Of a stretch of DNA of 64,000 bases, positions 36,856-48,860 are shown piece after piece (the first letter of the stretch is position 1; each line of letters opens with the position of its first letter). Both the position numbers and the translations under genes were made by a program. The notes under the pieces were generated by a model that saw only the letters and a list, made by a program, of their open reading frames with translations, had not been told where the DNA came from and did not search any database. Location: positions 36,391 to 100,390 of IMG/VR virus record IMGVR_UViG_3300010160_000003; one strand, given 5' to 3'. This DNA is from a virus.

Positions 36856-39800
36856 TATGGTCTTTGTGTCCTAATTCTCTGTGAGTCAACTTGTCTAATT
36901 TGTGTCATAACGACTCTTGCAATATCTTGTGGATTTGCATCAGATTTAACGTTAACGCTTAGATTATAATTATACACCTTCTGGCCACTGTAGGATCCAT
37001 CATTTATAGACTTCATTTTATTAATACCATATGAGTCAACTGCATATTTGCTCATTATAAATTCACCAGGAGTTAACATTGCTGGAACTGTATCTGTTCC
37101 CTTTGCATACCCTCCTACAGCAAAATATTTAGGCATAACCATTCCACCCATATTCATTCTTTGTGGAGGTGCTGGTTCTGCTCTAGTAGTTTTTACTATT
37201 CCACCAGAAGCAAACACTGGTCGTGCTGGAGGTTTTGGCGTTGGCTTTGGCGTTGGAGTTGGTGAAGGCGTTGGAGTTGGTGAAGGCGTTGGAGTTGGTG
37301 AAGGCGTTGGAGTTGGTGAAGGCGTTGGTGAAGGCGTTGGGTTGCCTCGGTCTGGATTATTTGCACCTTCATCTGGATTATGGACTGCTCCATTACCTGT
37401 ATCGCCAGGAGGTGGTGTTGGTGTGGGAGTTGGTGTTGGTGTGGGAGTTGGTGTTGGTGTGGGAGTTGGTGTTGGTGTGGGAGTTGGTGTTGGTGTAGAT
37501 GAAACTGTTGCTAAATATTCATCATAAGACATTTGGTCTTCTGGTGGAAGAGTTGCTTGTAATTTATTCCACGCTGCTCTAGACATTGGCTTTTGTTTAT
37601 TTAAGAAGTTATCAAGTGCTGCACTAGCATTATTCCATCCATCTTTTGCATTTTCTGCAGGATCGGTTAAACTCTTATTAAATGTTAGTTCCTGACCAAT
37701 TAATTCAGCATAAGCAATTACTTGATCTTCTGTAAGTCCCCATTCTGTTGCAAGATCTGTAATTTCTTTAGTAGATAGGTCATCATCTAAAGTTGCAGCA
37801 ACAAATGCAGCATACTTCGCTACTTCGTCATATGGCACTCCCCATTTTTTTGCAAGTGCTTCAATTTGTACAGGAGATAATTCCGTACCTAAAGTAGTAG
37901 TAACAAATGAAGCATATTTCAGAACTTCACTTTCTGTAAGATTCCATGTTGCTCCAAGTTTTGTAATCTCTGCACTAGATAGACCTTTACTTAAAATAGC
38001 AGTAACAAATGCAGCATACTGCTCTGCCTCAGTTTTTGGTACTCCCCAGGCTTCTCCAAGTTTTGCAATCTGTACAGGAGATAATTCCGTACCTAAAGTA
38101 GTAGTAACAAATGAAGCATATTTCAGAACTTCACTTTCTGTAAGATTCCATGTTGCTCCAAGTTTTGTAATCTCTGCACTAGATAGACCTTGACTTAAAA
38201 TAGCAGTAACAAATGCAGCATACTTCGCTGCCTCAGTTTTTGGTACTCCCCATGCTATTCCAAGGTTTGTAATCTGTTGATCAGATAAAGTTCTTCTATT
38301 AAGTTCTAAATAACCCTCAAGATATTGTCTTGCTTGGCTTTGGCTTATTCCCCAGGCTGTGGCAAGTGCTACAACGTCTGCATCTGATATGGCTCCATCT
38401 TTAATTGCCTTTTGAATAAGCGCATATGAGGCTGCTCCTACTGTTGCAAAATCTATTGATAGTTTAAGAAGATCAAACTGTGTAATAATTTCTGCTCCAA
38501 AGATTGCAGCCTTTACTAATAAATCTTGAAAAGCAATAGTTGCAACTTCTGATTCTGCAATTTTTCCTGAAACCTCTGCCCATTGAACCTTTAGATCATT
38601 AAGATATTGCAAATCTCTTGCTTGATTATCTTGAATTACTTTTAGTTTTCCTTGCTCTATCACAAGAAGTGCTTGTGCAGAAGATAACTCTTTATTTGCA
38701 GTAAAAAGATTTAATTCTTTAGCATCACCAATACCATTTGTAATATTATAAATTCTATCTTCAAGATCACGGATATCTAGTAGTATTGCTTTTCTTGCAT
38801 CTTCAAGAGGTTTAATGTTATATTTTTTAATTGTAGCAATTTTTGCTTCAATTGCTTCTCTACCCTCTTCAAGGTCATAGATGTCTTGAGTTATTTGAAA
38901 TTGGGCTTCTTCAATTTGTAATCTGGTTAGACCATTAGCATTTCTTAAGTTTCCAAGTTCTTGTTCTTTTGCTATGTTTAGGGAGTCTCCAGTACCAGAT
39001 GCTGCCCCCTCTGATGCTGTAGATTGTATGTCTTGTGACATTTGTGCTGCTGCAGAAATATCTCCTTGTGATAGAGCATCTGCAAGAGATATTTTTTGTT
39101 TTTCTTGTGCAATTAAGTTTTGATTTAATTCAGAGATTTTACTTAATGCATCTTGTTGTACATCATACTTTTTATTAATTGCCTCTGCTGCATGATCAAT
39201 TATACTTAAATCATTTGATAGGTCAGAAGCCTTTTCTTGTGCGGCAGCAATTGGAATATCAAATGTTTCAGAAATTTGATCTTCATATTCTTTAATTTGA
39301 TCTTCAAAGATTCTTAATTGTCTTGTTACATCTGTTTCAATTTTTACTTGTTTTTCATCTATTTTTGATTGAATTTCATCAATTGTATGCTGAATATCCG
39401 AAACATTCTTTTGTGCTGCTTCAACTACTTTTTGTTTAGCCTCAATTTCTCTTTCTGCAGAAAGTATTGATCTAGCATATTTTCCTTCTACTGCTGTTTG
39501 TGCTTTTGAGAAGAAGTTGTTCATTTCACTTTCTACCTCAGATAATTTATCTTTAAAATGTTGTAGTGGATCTTGTACTTTTCCTAAATTTTCTTGAGCC
39601 TTTTTTAACTCTCTAAATTTTGCAATTAAAGCATCTAGTTCTGGTCCTGGGGCTGCAGCACTTAATGATAAAGCAAAATTTGCATCTGATAACATTTCAA
39701 TTGCTTCTTTAGCAGTTACTCCTGCTGAAGTTAATTCTTTAAATTTGGATTTTTGTTTTTCAATACCAGCAATTGTTACAACTGCAGAACTTTGGAATGC

Positions 39801-42800
39801 TCCAATAACTGCTTCTTTGTATCCTCTTGCTGCTGCAAACCCATCAGTGGTTAGGTTAACAAACTTTTTATTTAACCTATCTACAGAAACATATCCCTTT
39901 TTAACGGCTTCATCTAGTCCACCAACAAAATTAATGAAATCTTCATTTTGACCAAGGTTTGATAGTTCCTGGTTAAGACCTTCAAAGATTTTGATATCTT
40001 GCTTCTCTCCAAGAATTCTTCTAAGTTCAAGCAATCCACCTTCTGCATTAATGGACGCATCTCTTGTTAATTTTAATTGAAGAAGTAAGTCATTTAGGTT
40101 AGTATCTATTGGTTTTACTTCTGCGACTGTTGGTGTTTTAACAACTTTACCGCTACCATCAACAACTGGGTCTCCTGTATATGTTCTTGTTTTTTTACCA
40201 GCAATTTCTGCTATCTGTTGATCTAATGTTTTTGTCTTACCTGATTTATCTTTAGTAATATTATTAGTCTCAAGAAATTTATTTCTTTTTATTGATGCTT
40301 GACGGGAGCCTAGTTCGGATGGGCCGCTTTCTCCTATTTGTTCTTGAGCATAGTCTTGAATATATTTTCTTTTTGCATTATCATCTTCAAACTCAACTGC
40401 GTAGATACTAATATATCTAGAAATTGTTTCTTTTTTAAATTCATCTGGTAATGCAGCAAAATCTTTATATTGTTTTGTTAGTTGTTCAAGGTTTGCAATT
40501 GATGAACTGTCTTTGTGGTCTTCTATAAACTTTGAAAGAATTTCTTTAGTTATTGGAGTTTTAATGCTATCAACTTGATCAAGAAGTGCAGAAAGTTCTA
40601 ATAATTTTTTATTATTCTGTTTAGTTAATCCTGTTAGTGCAACCTCAAGATTAATTTCACTTCCATCCATTGATTGTAAAAGGGCAATTGCTTTTCCTGT
40701 TTTATCAAATTCTGCTGGTTTCATTTTAATCATGTCAATAACTAACTTAGTGGATAATTTTTTATCTGATACTCCTCCAAGTAATTGTGTTATCTCTGAT
40801 ATTTTTGCAATACCGTGAGTTTTTACTCCAAGTTCAAGGTTTGAATCTAATTCTCCTAATTTACCAGCAAAAAGGTCCATCATTGCAGTTGTCTGTTCAG
40901 GATTTAATTGTCCGCTTGCCATCATTAAGTTCATTTTTACTTCAAAGTTTTGAGCCTTTGCTGAAGTTTCAAATCCTGCTTTTGAGTATTGTGATGTTGA
41001 AGTTCCAAATCCAATATCACTTAGTTTAGCCAGTTTGCTTTGAACGGTATTGGCCTGTGTAGCAAATAAGGTATCCTTATATCTATCTTTTACTTGACCT
41101 TTTAATGAATCAAAATATGCACTTTTACTAGAATTCATATGCATTAAATTTGCTATATCAACTGCCCCTTTATTGCCACCTAAGAATGAAGGGAAAGATT
41201 CTTTTGGATTATTAAGTGCTGGATTTTTTGCATTCTTAAACTGTTTCATTGCAAGATTAAGAGATTGTGCAGTTCTAGCATTTGTCTTTTCTGTATCAAT
41301 TCCTTGCTGCACAGTTAAACCAGCAATTTTTTCTTGTATCTCTAACTGTTTTTCTTTATTAGACGTTATTAAAATTTCTTTTGATAAAGACTCAATTTGC
41401 TTTTGTGTTATTTGGTATATAGCATCTGCTTGGGCTTGAGCAAGAGCAAGGTTTTGTACACCATATGAAGCCAGTTGTGCTGCTGCAGCATTATCCTTAA
41501 TGCCACCTGAAACAATATTTTTACCTGCTTGCTCTGCAGTATCAATTAAGTTCATTCTAACCTTAATTGGGTTTTTAAGAATATCGCTTCCATCTGGTCC
41601 GACTAACATTCTTAACTGTCCCTCAACATTTGCGGTAAATGTCTTATCCCCTAGATTAGTTCCAATTTGATCACCAATACTATTTGCTTGCTCTGCAGTA
41701 AGGATTCCATCTGAAATATATGCTGCTAATTGCAAAGATAATTCTTTTGCTGCTGCTGCTGCACCATTTTTTTCTATGCTTGTAAATACGCCAGCATTGA
41801 CTGTTTTTCCAACTTCACTCTTTAGGAAGGTATCTCCAAATCCGCTTCCTTGTCTGTTATAGTCATTATAAGATTGAAGAGATCCCGCTTCTTTTTTCTT
41901 TGCAGTTAATTGAGATGCACCAACTGTATCAGTTAATACACTTATCTCTTCCATTTTCTTTGTTGTTGCAGAAATAGATGCAACATACTGTCCTTGCCTT
42001 ATAGCAGCATCTTTTTGCATTTTTTGATAAATTAACATTCCTGCACCAACTGCAACAACTGAAGCAGCAAGAATTGAAAATGTACTAGTTAGCATTGGTA
42101 AAATTCCAAGTAAGGCTGAGGCTGCAAATAGACCAGTTGTTACCTTTTCATTTCCACCAGTCATAGCACTTGCCATTCCTAGTCCACCCAATGCACCAGA
42201 GCCCATTGCTGCTTTCCCACCCATACCCTGTTTTGGTGTTTTTTCTGCTAAAGGAGCATCTGCTTTTCCTGGAATTCTGTATGTAACTTTTGGTGTTTGA
42301 ACAACTTTCTTTCCTTTTGGAATAGTAGTAATTATTGTATCTTTTGGACTTCCGCTTGAAGATTTAACATTTACAGGTTTCTTTTTTCCTTTTATTGGTG
42401 TTACCTTTTTAGTTTTTTTATCTTGTAAAGATTCATCCTTTGTTACCAAAACAGCAGAATGCATTTTATGGAATTCTCTCCAGTCAACCTTTCTTGCTTC
42501 TTCAAGTCTATTTATCATTGCTTGATACATTGATTTTTCTTCTGCATTTAAAGTCCAACTTGAAACAAGGTTTTTAAGTTTTGGAAGTGTTTTATCAATT
42601 TCAGAAATCATAGATGAGTTATAAGCATCAGGCGTCATATTTTTTGGAATATCCATTGTTGATTCAGCAAAGAATCTTTTTGCTCCACCATTAACACCAA
42701 GTAAATTAATTCTTGCTTGTTCTGCCATAGACTTCATATTTGTTGAGAATTCTCTCTTCCCAGATGCTTTATCAAACACTCCTGCAGTTCCTACATCTGC

Positions 42801-45800
42801 AAGAACATTTCCTGAAAGGTTTCCAGCATGAAGATCTTTATCACCACGAAGGTTTGCTGCTACTAGTTGTTTGAAGTATTCATCTTTTGTAAATTTACCA
42901 GTAAAATTAGATTCTGCAAATTTTGGATTAAACTGTGATTCTAACGCAAATAATTTTTTACCAGTTCTTGGATCTTGAATAACCTTTATGCTTTGAACTG
43001 GAGACTCTAATCCATGAACTTCTCTAGCAATTTGTGTTGCACGAATTTCTGCAAGAGCAGCCTTTTCATCCATCATGGCTTTTACAAAAACTTTTGATCC
43101 ATTTTCTTTTTCATAAACACCGCTTATGTGATTAGCATCAATAAAACTAAATCCAGATGATCTAGATACTTGTTTTACATATTTTGTTATAGAATCATTT
43201 TTAAATCTACTGGAGTTAACATCTTTCTCTGTTTCTAAAAACACCTTTTGTCTTTGAGTTTCTTTTTCTAAAGCAATTCTTTCTGCTTCTTTAAGAGCAT
43301 TTTTATTTATTTTTATTTGTCTTCCACCACCACGATTAACTCTTCCAGTCTTAAATCTATCGCCAATTAAGACACCAACATTTTTAGTGCCAGAGAATGT
43401 TCCAGTTTTACTACTAATTTCAGGTCTTTCATATGCGGTAATATTACCTGAAGAATCTCTTTGTACAGGAATCTTATAGTTTGAATCAAGTTTCATTACT
43501 GACTCTAATGCTTTAATTACTGACTGGCTTGTTTTTGTTTTTTTAACTTTATCAATAACCTCTGAAATAGGAGCATCAGGTGGGCTAAATTTTATGTTTG
43601 AAGAACCTCTTGGGCTAATTGCAGCAGGAGCATATAGTTTTTTTACTCCTTCTGTTAATTTTCCTCCAGCACCTTCTTTAATAAGATTACCAAGAATTCC
43701 ATTTTTTTCATCTCCCATTCTTGAATAAACATCTTGGTCTCCAATAAAAGTTGATGGATTTACGTCTAAAAATGATTTTATTAAACTTGTTCTTATTTTT
43801 TCACTAGTTTTATTTGCATCTTCTGGAGAAAAACCATCACCTATAAGTCTTGCGTTCATTGTATTTATTGCAGAGGCTTTTTCTATTTCTTGTAAATATT
43901 CACCAAGAGTTATTTTAGAATTAATTAATTTTGCATTTGTTTCTGGACTAACATCAAAACCAACTGCTGTATATGCATTTGCTTCAGCAAATCCAAGTTT
44001 TTTTATATTTTCTGGAAGGTTAGAACCTGTTAATGTTTGAAAATTTACTGCGTGAGCAAATACTGTTTTATTTGGTTTAACTTCACTTGTTCCTTCTGCA
44101 AATCCCTGCATTTTTCCATCAATTAAACCTTGTATTAATGCTCTTGCATATGGTTGCTGCATAACATCTTTTGTAACAACTGCTTCGCCAGGCTCTAGCA
44201 TTGCTGGAATAGTATCACCATTTCCAGAACCTGGGACCATCGATATACCACCTGCAAGTTTTCTAACTTTATTTCTTGATGCTGTTAACTTTCCTGCATT
44301 GGCTGTTTTTCCTGCAACTACTTTAGCACCACTAACCATCATACCTGGATTTGCCATAGCAAATTTTGCTGCTGCAACTGTTGCTTCAACATATGCGTTT
44401 CGCAAAAGTTTAACTGCAACTGTTTCTAATTCAAACTTTTGAGTTAACTGTGTATGAGCCTGATTAAGTGATGCTGCAACAGTGGCTGCCTCTAACTGTT
44501 CTGCATTTAAATAGTTTGTTTGTTCAGCAAGAATTTTTGAATTTCCGCTAAGTTTTAAGAATCCACCACGCATTGCAAGAAATAGTTTAATTATGTTTGC
44601 AGCACCATTAGCAAGTAAACCAAATGTCATAAGAAGAACTGGACCAATTACTCCAACAAGCGTTGTTGCAATTACTATAAACTTTTTAGTTCCATCACTT
44701 AAATTATTAAATTTTTCAAGAAAGTTTCCAATTACTTTAACTATTGGAGTAATCGCCTCTAAAAATGTTTTTCCAATTGGGGCAATTGAAAGTTTTAGTT
44801 GTTCAATTGATGCTTTAAAATTTGTTCCAACAGCATCTTCTATTGTTTTTAATTCTCGTTCTGATAAAATTGCAAGTTCTTCTATTGATTTTCCTGTTAA
44901 ACCTAAAACCACACTTGCTTGTGTTCCATCTTTTGCTACGTTTTGAAATAAAGTTGATAGTCTTGAGAATTGAAACTTACCAAATAACTGTTCAATTGCT
45001 CTTGCTCTTTGTAATGGGGCCAGTGTATCTAATGCTTGTGCAAACTGGATAACAGTATTTTTAATATCTCCTTGATTACCTTCAACAATACCTTTGATAT
45101 TAATGCCAAGACCACTAAGCATTGCACTTGCTTTTGCTGATGGGTTAATTAATGATGCAAGTCCAGACTTTAATGCGTTGGCACCTTCTGATGCATTGAT
45201 TCCACCTTCTTTCATGGCGGTAAGGAAAAATGCAAGATCTTCTACATCTCCACCAAGTTGTTTAATAACTGGTCCTGCTTTAGGAATAGCAATAGTTAAG
45301 TCTTCAATAGAAAGAGTTGTTTGGTTTTCAACAGCATTTAAAAAATTAATCTTAGTTGATAGTTCATCTGCTGCTATACCAAATGCATTTGTAAGAGATA
45401 TTGTTGTTTCAAGTGCAGCAGATTGCTCAACCCCGCCAAGTACTGCAAGTCTAGTTGCTTCTGAAACCTGTGCAGTTAAGTCTGATCCAGTCTTACCCAT
45501 TGCTGCTGCTGAAGCAGCCATTTCCATAGTTTTTGATACTGCAACACCATACTTTGTAAAGCCATCTGCAAGTTGTTGAACATCAGCAAGTGCCTTATTT
45601 GTTTGTGCACTTGTTGTAAACATATCTCCATAAACACGTTTAAACTTTACTGCTTGTGCTTCCAAGTCCATAAATGTTTTTGCAGCCATCGAACCAAAAT
45701 ACAGAAGAGGAACAGTAAAACCAACCATAAGTTGGCGACCTGCCCACTGTGTATTTTTACCAAAATTTAAAAGACTTGTTGATCCTTGTCTTACAACTTG

Positions 45801-46307
45801 ATTAAAAATTGCCTGTTTTTGTGCAGCAAGTGCAGTTTTTGTTGCATAATCATTCATGTTTAAGGTTTTTGGCGTAACAGCCATAGCCTTCATTGCACCG
45901 TTTGCATCACGACCCATTTTAATATATTGGGTTTGCATTTTCTTGACACGTTCTTCTGCTACCTTGCCAATTGTGTCAAATTCAGATCTAAATAGTTTTC
46001 CAAAAGTTTTTGAAGCACCGCCTGCATAACGGAAATACTCACGCATAGAAAGTTTATTAGTCTCTAATGCGTGAGTAAATGACTCCGTCGATGATCTAAC
46101 ACTACCCATTGTTGCAGTAAATTTGTTAGTGGCATTAATGGAATTTAAAAGATTATTTTGTAATCCTTTTTGTGCTAATGCTGCTGATTGGCTATTTTTT
46201 GCTACTGATGCATGAAATAATGCAATCTGACGTTGTAAAACCTTGAGTTCGGCTAATGCTGATGAGGCATTTATATTTATGCCTATATTAGCATTAACGT
46301 CACTCAT
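36855..46307 (-). CDS. Tape measure protein (3150 aa) with inserted kinase-like cargo domain, Trp repeats and Pro/Thr tract
   Basis: TP901-type core ([32 protein letters not shown]), coiled coils, TM segments; follows the tail chaperones. Confidence 0.93.
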   Translation of the reverse strand: MSDVNANIGININASSALAELKVLQRQIALFHASVAKNSQSAALAQKGLQNNLLNSINATNKFTATMGSVRSSTESFTHALETNKLSMREYFRYAGGASKTFGKLFRSEFDTIGKVAEERVKKMQTQYIKMGRDANGAMKAMAVTPKTLNMNDYATKTALAAQKQAIFNQVVRQGSTSLLNFGKNTQWAGRQLMVGFTVPLLYFGSMAAKTFMDLEAQAVKFKRVYGDMFTTSAQTNKALADVQQLADGFTKYGVAVSKTMEMAASAAAMGKTGSDLTAQVSEATRLAVLGGVEQSAALETTISLTNAFGIAADELSTKINFLNAVENQTTLSIEDLTIAIPKAGPVIKQLGGDVEDLAFFLTAMKEGGINASEGANALKSGLASLINPSAKASAMLSGLGINIKGIVEGNQGDIKNTVIQFAQALDTLAPLQRARAIEQLFGKFQFSRLSTLFQNVAKDGTQASVVLGLTGKSIEELAILSERELKTIEDAVGTNFKASIEQLKLSIAPIGKTFLEAITPIVKVIGNFLEKFNNLSDGTKKFIVIATTLVGVIGPVLLMTFGLLANGAANIIKLFLAMRGGFLKLSGNSKILAEQTNYLNAEQLEAATVAASLNQAHTQLTQKFELETVAVKLLRNAYVEATVAAAKFAMANPGMMVSGAKVVAGKTANAGKLTASRNKVRKLAGGISMVPGSGNGDTIPAMLEPGEAVVTKDVMQQPYARALIQGLIDGKMQGFAEGTSEVKPNKTVFAHAVNFQTLTGSNLPENIKKLGFAEANAYTAVGFDVSPETNAKLINSKITLGEYLQEIEKASAINTMNARLIGDGFSPEDANKTSEKIRTSLIKSFLDVNPSTFIGDQDVYSRMGDEKNGILGNLIKEGAGGKLTEGVKKLYAPAAISPRGSSNIKFSPPDAPISEVIDKVKKTKTSQSVIKALESVMKLDSNYKIPVQRDSSGNITAYERPEISSKTGTFSGTKNVGVLIGDRFKTGRVNRGGGRQIKINKNALKEAERIALEKETQRQKVFLETEKDVNSSRFKNDSITKYVKQVSRSSGFSFIDANHISGVYEKENGSKVFVKAMMDEKAALAEIRATQIAREVHGLESPVQSIKVIQDPRTGKKLFALESQFNPKFAESNFTGKFTKDEYFKQLVAANLRGDKDLHAGNLSGNVLADVGTAGVFDKASGKREFSTNMKSMAEQARINLLGVNGGAKRFFAESTMDIPKNMTPDAYNSSMISEIDKTLPKLKNLVSSWTLNAEEKSMYQAMINRLEEARKVDWREFHKMHSAVLVTKDESLQDKKTKKVTPIKGKKKPVNVKSSSGSPKDTIITTIPKGKKVVQTPKVTYRIPGKADAPLAEKTPKQGMGGKAAMGSGALGGLGMASAMTGGNEKVTTGLFAASALLGILPMLTSTFSILAASVVAVGAGMLIYQKMQKDAAIRQGQYVASISATTKKMEEISVLTDTVGASQLTAKKKEAGSLQSYNDYNRQGSGFGDTFLKSEVGKTVNAGVFTSIEKNGAAAAAKELSLQLAAYISDGILTAEQANSIGDQIGTNLGDKTFTANVEGQLRMLVGPDGSDILKNPIKVRMNLIDTAEQAGKNIVSGGIKDNAAAAQLASYGVQNLALAQAQADAIYQITQKQIESLSKEILITSNKEKQLEIQEKIAGLTVQQGIDTEKTNARTAQSLNLAMKQFKNAKNPALNNPKESFPSFLGGNKGAVDIANLMHMNSSKSAYFDSLKGQVKDRYKDTLFATQANTVQSKLAKLSDIGFGTSTSQYSKAGFETSAKAQNFEVKMNLMMASGQLNPEQTTAMMDLFAGKLGELDSNLELGVKTHGIAKISEITQLLGGVSDKKLSTKLVIDMIKMKPAEFDKTGKAIALLQSMDGSEINLEVALTGLTKQNNKKLLELSALLDQVDSIKTPITKEILSKFIEDHKDSSSIANLEQLTKQYKDFAALPDEFKKETISRYISIYAVEFEDDNAKRKYIQDYAQEQIGESGPSELGSRQASIKRNKFLETNNITKDKSGKTKTLDQQIAEIAGKKTRTYTGDPVVDGSGKVVKTPTVAEVKPIDTNLNDLLLQLKLTRDASINAEGGLLELRRILGEKQDIKIFEGLNQELSNLGQNEDFINFVGGLDEAVKKGYVSVDRLNKKFVNLTTDGFAAARGYKEAVIGAFQSSAVVTIAGIEKQKSKFKELTSAGVTAKEAIEMLSDANFALSLSAAAPGPELDALIAKFRELKKAQENLGKVQDPLQHFKDKLSEVESEMNNFFSKAQTAVEGKYARSILSAEREIEAKQKVVEAAQKNVSDIQHTIDEIQSKIDEKQVKIETDVTRQLRIFEDQIKEYEDQISETFDIPIAAAQEKASDLSNDLSIIDHAAEAINKKYDVQQDALSKISELNQNLIAQEKQKISLADALSQGDISAAAQMSQDIQSTASEGAASGTGDSLNIAKEQELGNLRNANGLTRLQIEEAQFQITQDIYDLEEGREAIEAKIATIKKYNIKPLEDARKAILLDIRDLEDRIYNITNGIGDAKELNLFTANKELSSAQALLVIEQGKLKVIQDNQARDLQYLNDLKVQWAEVSGKIAESEVATIAFQDLLVKAAIFGAEIITQFDLLKLSIDFATVGAASYALIQKAIKDGAISDADVVALATAWGISQSQARQYLEGYLELNRRTLSDQQITNLGIAWGVPKTEAAKYAAFVTAILSQGLSSAEITKLGATWNLTESEVLKYASFVTTTLGTELSPVQIAKLGEAWGVPKTEAEQYAAFVTAILSKGLSSAEITKLGATWNLTESEVLKYASFVTTTLGTELSPVQIEALAKKWGVPYDEVAKYAAFVAATLDDDLSTKEITDLATEWGLTEDQVIAYAELIGQELTFNKSLTDPAENAKDGWNNASAALDNFLNKQKPMSRAAWNKLQATLPPEDQMSYDEYLATVSSTPTPTPTPTPTPTPTPTPTPTPTPTPTPPPGDTGNGAVHNPDEGANNPDRGNPTPSPTPSPTPTPSPTPTPSPTPTPSPTPTPKPTPKPPARPVFASGGIVKTTRAEPAPPQRMNMGGMVMPKYFAVGGYAKGTDTVPAMLTPGEFIMSKYAVDSYGINKMKSINDGSYSGQKVYNYNLSVNVKSDANPQDIARVVMTQIRQVDSQRIRTQRP
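37232..37496 (-). repeat. Two 18-nt minisatellites encoding (TP)n and (TPSPTP)n in the TMP
   Basis: Plus-strand GGTGTTGGTGTGGGAGTT x4+ (37414-37496) and GGTGAAGGCGTTGGAGTT x3+ (37261-37340). Confidence 0.9.
37867..38252 (-). repeat. Near-perfect 204-nt tandem duplication inside the TMP
   Basis: Blocks starting TGTACAGGAGATAATTCC at 37867 and 38071 are almost identical over about 180 nt. Confidence 0.9.
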
Positions 46308-46326
46308 GAATTTACACCTCTTTTAT

Positions 46327-46659
46327 TTAATTATTTGCAAGTACTGTGTTTAGCAGTGCATTAGCATCGCTAAGTTTTACTCCAGATGCCGCTTCAATAA
46401 TGCTGTAGACTGTTGGTAGATCTAAAACATCTTCCAACTTTGCTATATCCCCAGCCAATTCTGGCTTGTATTGCTCCATTGCAATTTGTACACATTCAAC
46501 GAGCAAAACCATAGACTTTTCGTTATCTTCTGCTACTAAGGCTACCTGCTCAAATTTCTTCATAAATGGACGAAGCAAGGAGATCTTTAAAGGACGCACC
46601 TTTATCTTTGTTCCATCCATAAGTGTCAGTTCTGCCCCATCATAAACTGTTGTTGCCAT
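46327..46659 (-). CDS. Tail assembly chaperone, short (G-like) paralog
   Basis: Between MTP and TMP; homologous to the N-half of 46729..47439; AGGAGG RBS; TGCTATAAT promoter at 46687-46695. Confidence 0.75.
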   Translation of the reverse strand: MATTVYDGAELTLMDGTKIKVRPLKISLLRPFMKKFEQVALVAEDNEKSMVLLVECVQIAMEQYKPELAGDIAKLEDVLDLPTVYSIIEAASGVKLSDANALLNTVLANN

Positions 46660-46728
46660 TGTATTTCCTCCTGTTAAGTTATGTCAATTATAGCACAAAT
46701 AGGCTATTTTTTAAGTTATTAAACATTT

Positions 46729-47439
46729 TTATTTCATTACGCTTGGATCTCTTTCATCGCCATAATCCAACCCCATATTTATACCAAACCCCGCCTTTTG
46801 TGCATTAACTCCTTGTAGAGCCAAAACGTCATTGCTATCTGTTGCTTTGCCACCGCTAAAGACTCTTGCTTTCATGTCTTCCCATTCTTTCTGTCCTTTA
46901 TTTTGATTTTTATCCCCGTCTAAATCCACACCTTGAATTGCTGCAAGAAACTTTTTTTCTGAATAATCTAACTCTCTAAGTACTTCAAGAGTTACCATCA
47001 GTTCTGGCATTGATAGATATGTTTCTAGTTCTTGATAATCTTTCCAGATACCCAGCAAAAAAACCTCTGCTTCAAGTTTTGCTAAATCTAGTGTCTCCCA
47101 GGTTTCTCCACTTTTTTCTGCTTGATCTTTTACTGGCTCTTCAGATTTTTGATTAATTTTAATTCCAGCAGATGAATCTAATATTTTATAAATTGTTGGC
47201 ATGTCAAAATTATCTTCTATATCTTTAGCGGTAGATGATATTTCTGGACAGTACTGTTTCATACATATACGAACACACTCTACTAAGACAGCGATAGATT
47301 CATCATCACTTTTTGCTTCTTTTACATTTTCAAATACCTCCATAAATTCACGAAGATATCTTATCTTTAATGGTATGATTTCTAATTCTTTACCATTAAA
47401 TAAAAATATTGTTTGATTTTTGTATACCCTGGTTGCCAT
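46729..47439 (-). CDS. Tail assembly chaperone, long (GT-like) in-frame fusion paralog
   Basis: Start MATRVY (47439) 8 nt after TGGTAGAAT; N-half G-like, C-half LDLAKLEAEVFLLGIWKDYQELE...LSMPEL T-like. Confidence 0.75.
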   Translation of the reverse strand: MATRVYKNQTIFLFNGKELEIIPLKIRYLREFMEVFENVKEAKSDDESIAVLVECVRICMKQYCPEISSTAKDIEDNFDMPTIYKILDSSAGIKINQKSEEPVKDQAEKSGETWETLDLAKLEAEVFLLGIWKDYQELETYLSMPELMVTLEVLRELDYSEKKFLAAIQGVDLDGDKNQNKGQKEWEDMKARVFSGGKATDSNDVLALQGVNAQKAGFGINMGLDYGDERDPSVMK

Positions 47440-47461
47440 TATAATCAATTCTACCACAAAC

Positions 47462-47491
47462 AAAAAACCCACCTCCAATTAAGGAAGTGGG
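47462..47491 (-). terminator. Intrinsic terminator after the major tail gene
   Basis: CCCACTTCC-TTAATT-GGAGGTGGG followed by TTTTTTG. Confidence 0.8.
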
Positions 47492-47527
47492 CTAGTTGTA
47501 ATCTAAAATTAGATTATTACAACATTA

Positions 47528-48163
47528 TTATGATGTAACTGTGTGGGTACGGTCAATGATCTTGCCGTATGATCCAGATGTATCTTCTGGTAGAAGACGG
47601 AATGATACTTCAAACATTGAAGCCTCATCACGCTTTGCTGAAACTGTTACGTTTTCAATTGATAGAGCACGGTATCCAACGTATATGCGCTCTACTGCAG
47701 CAGAATCATCACAGTCGCCTGTTCCTGGTCCTATTGCAACAATACCACGCTCAACTGGACATTCTCCGATGTCTCCAGCATTAAATGATAAAGTTCTTCC
47801 AGCAGATGAAGCCTTTGTTCCACTTAGATCATTGTTGTTTCCTGCTAGGGCCAATAGAAGGTTTTCTAAAGTAGCCTCAGCAAATGCAGTTGCAATGCTA
47901 ACTTGCATTCCCTGCTTATAAAGTTTTGCAACGTCAAGAATCTGGTCTACCTGGACTTCACCGAAGTCTGGTTGGAACTGCATTTCAAGTCCGTTTGTTG
48001 TGTAACCAACATTGTCATATCCTGCATCAGCAGAGAGAGTGTCTCTGTATGATTCTGATCCTGAAAATGCTGGGGACATTGTTGGTACTAAAGTTGTGTC
48101 TGCCATATAAAATGCTGCAGCACCAACGATAATGTTTGTTGATGTTCCACGGGTATAAGCCAT
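47528..48163 (-). CDS. Major tail (tube) protein
   Basis: NIIVGAA, VGYTTNGLE, VDQILD, FAEATLENL, YGKIIDR; position before the chaperones. Confidence 0.88.
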   Translation of the reverse strand: MAYTRGTSTNIIVGAAAFYMADTTLVPTMSPAFSGSESYRDTLSADAGYDNVGYTTNGLEMQFQPDFGEVQVDQILDVAKLYKQGMQVSIATAFAEATLENLLLALAGNNNDLSGTKASSAGRTLSFNAGDIGECPVERGIVAIGPGTGDCDDSAAVERIYVGYRALSIENVTVSAKRDEASMFEVSFRLLPEDTSGSYGKIIDRTHTVTS

Positions 48164-48239
48164 TTGTTCACCTCTTTCTTAAATAGATATTAAGTTGTTT
48201 TGGCGTTTTTGTTTCCTCAGACATAATTATAACATCTTT

Positions 48240-48860
48240 TTATATGACTATTTTTCCGCCTGCTGGCAATCCTTCTGGGGTCCAATTAGACCCCATCATA
48301 ATGTCTTTTGAATATTCATCAAAAACTGGCATCGGATGGTAGTCAAACTCAATAATAAACTTGTTGCCACCATAGGTTCTTGCTGTACCAAAATCAATAA
48401 TGTCTCTTGCTTCTTCTAATTGATAAACCTTGAATCTATGAAAATAAAATACGTTATTTATAAAATTAGGGCTTTCTTCTGTTCCTAGGTTAACCTTGCG
48501 AATAGAGCACCAATTGTTAACTTCTTCTGCTGTTTCGTCTAGCCTATCCATTAATCTTAAAACTGCCTCTTGTATTTTTATCATATTTACCGTTGAGTTT
48601 TCTGCTGTGGCATAAAAATAATACAAAATTTGTTCTGTTTTTATATGCGGGAATTTACTCTTATTCATTCTTGATAATCTATCATAAACACACATGACCC
48701 CATCCTGAGATGATGGAAATGTATTAGTTAAATCATCAAGGGTTGATGGGGATGATGGGAAAAATGGAAGCCTAGTAAAGCCAGCAAGATCTTCTACTTT
48801 TGTTTGTAAATATTTATTAATCCAAATTAATGGCGTGTTTAATAGATCTGTATCAGCCAT
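48240..48860 (-). CDS. Tail terminator/completion protein (putative)
   Basis: Synteny: immediately upstream of the MTP gene. Confidence 0.55.
   Translation of the reverse strand: MADTDLLNTPLIWINKYLQTKVEDLAGFTRLPFFPSSPSTLDDLTNTFPSSQDGVMCVYDRLSRMNKSKFPHIKTEQILYYFYATAENSTVNMIKIQEAVLRLMDRLDETAEEVNNWCSIRKVNLGTEESPNFINNVFYFHRFKVYQLEEARDIIDFGTARTYGGNKFIIEFDYHPMPVFDEYSKDIMMGSNWTPEGLPAGGKIVI

Noticed and set aside
37048-37527. Plus-strand (GV)n and (LELVKA)n ORFs and the minus-strand QRLHQL ORF
   Set aside because: Alternative-frame readings of the TMP Pro/Thr minisatellites.
46660-47478. Slippery-site frameshift linking the two chaperone ORFs
   Set aside because: The long form is already in frame and lies upstream; the genes are separated by a stop, a promoter and a new RBS.
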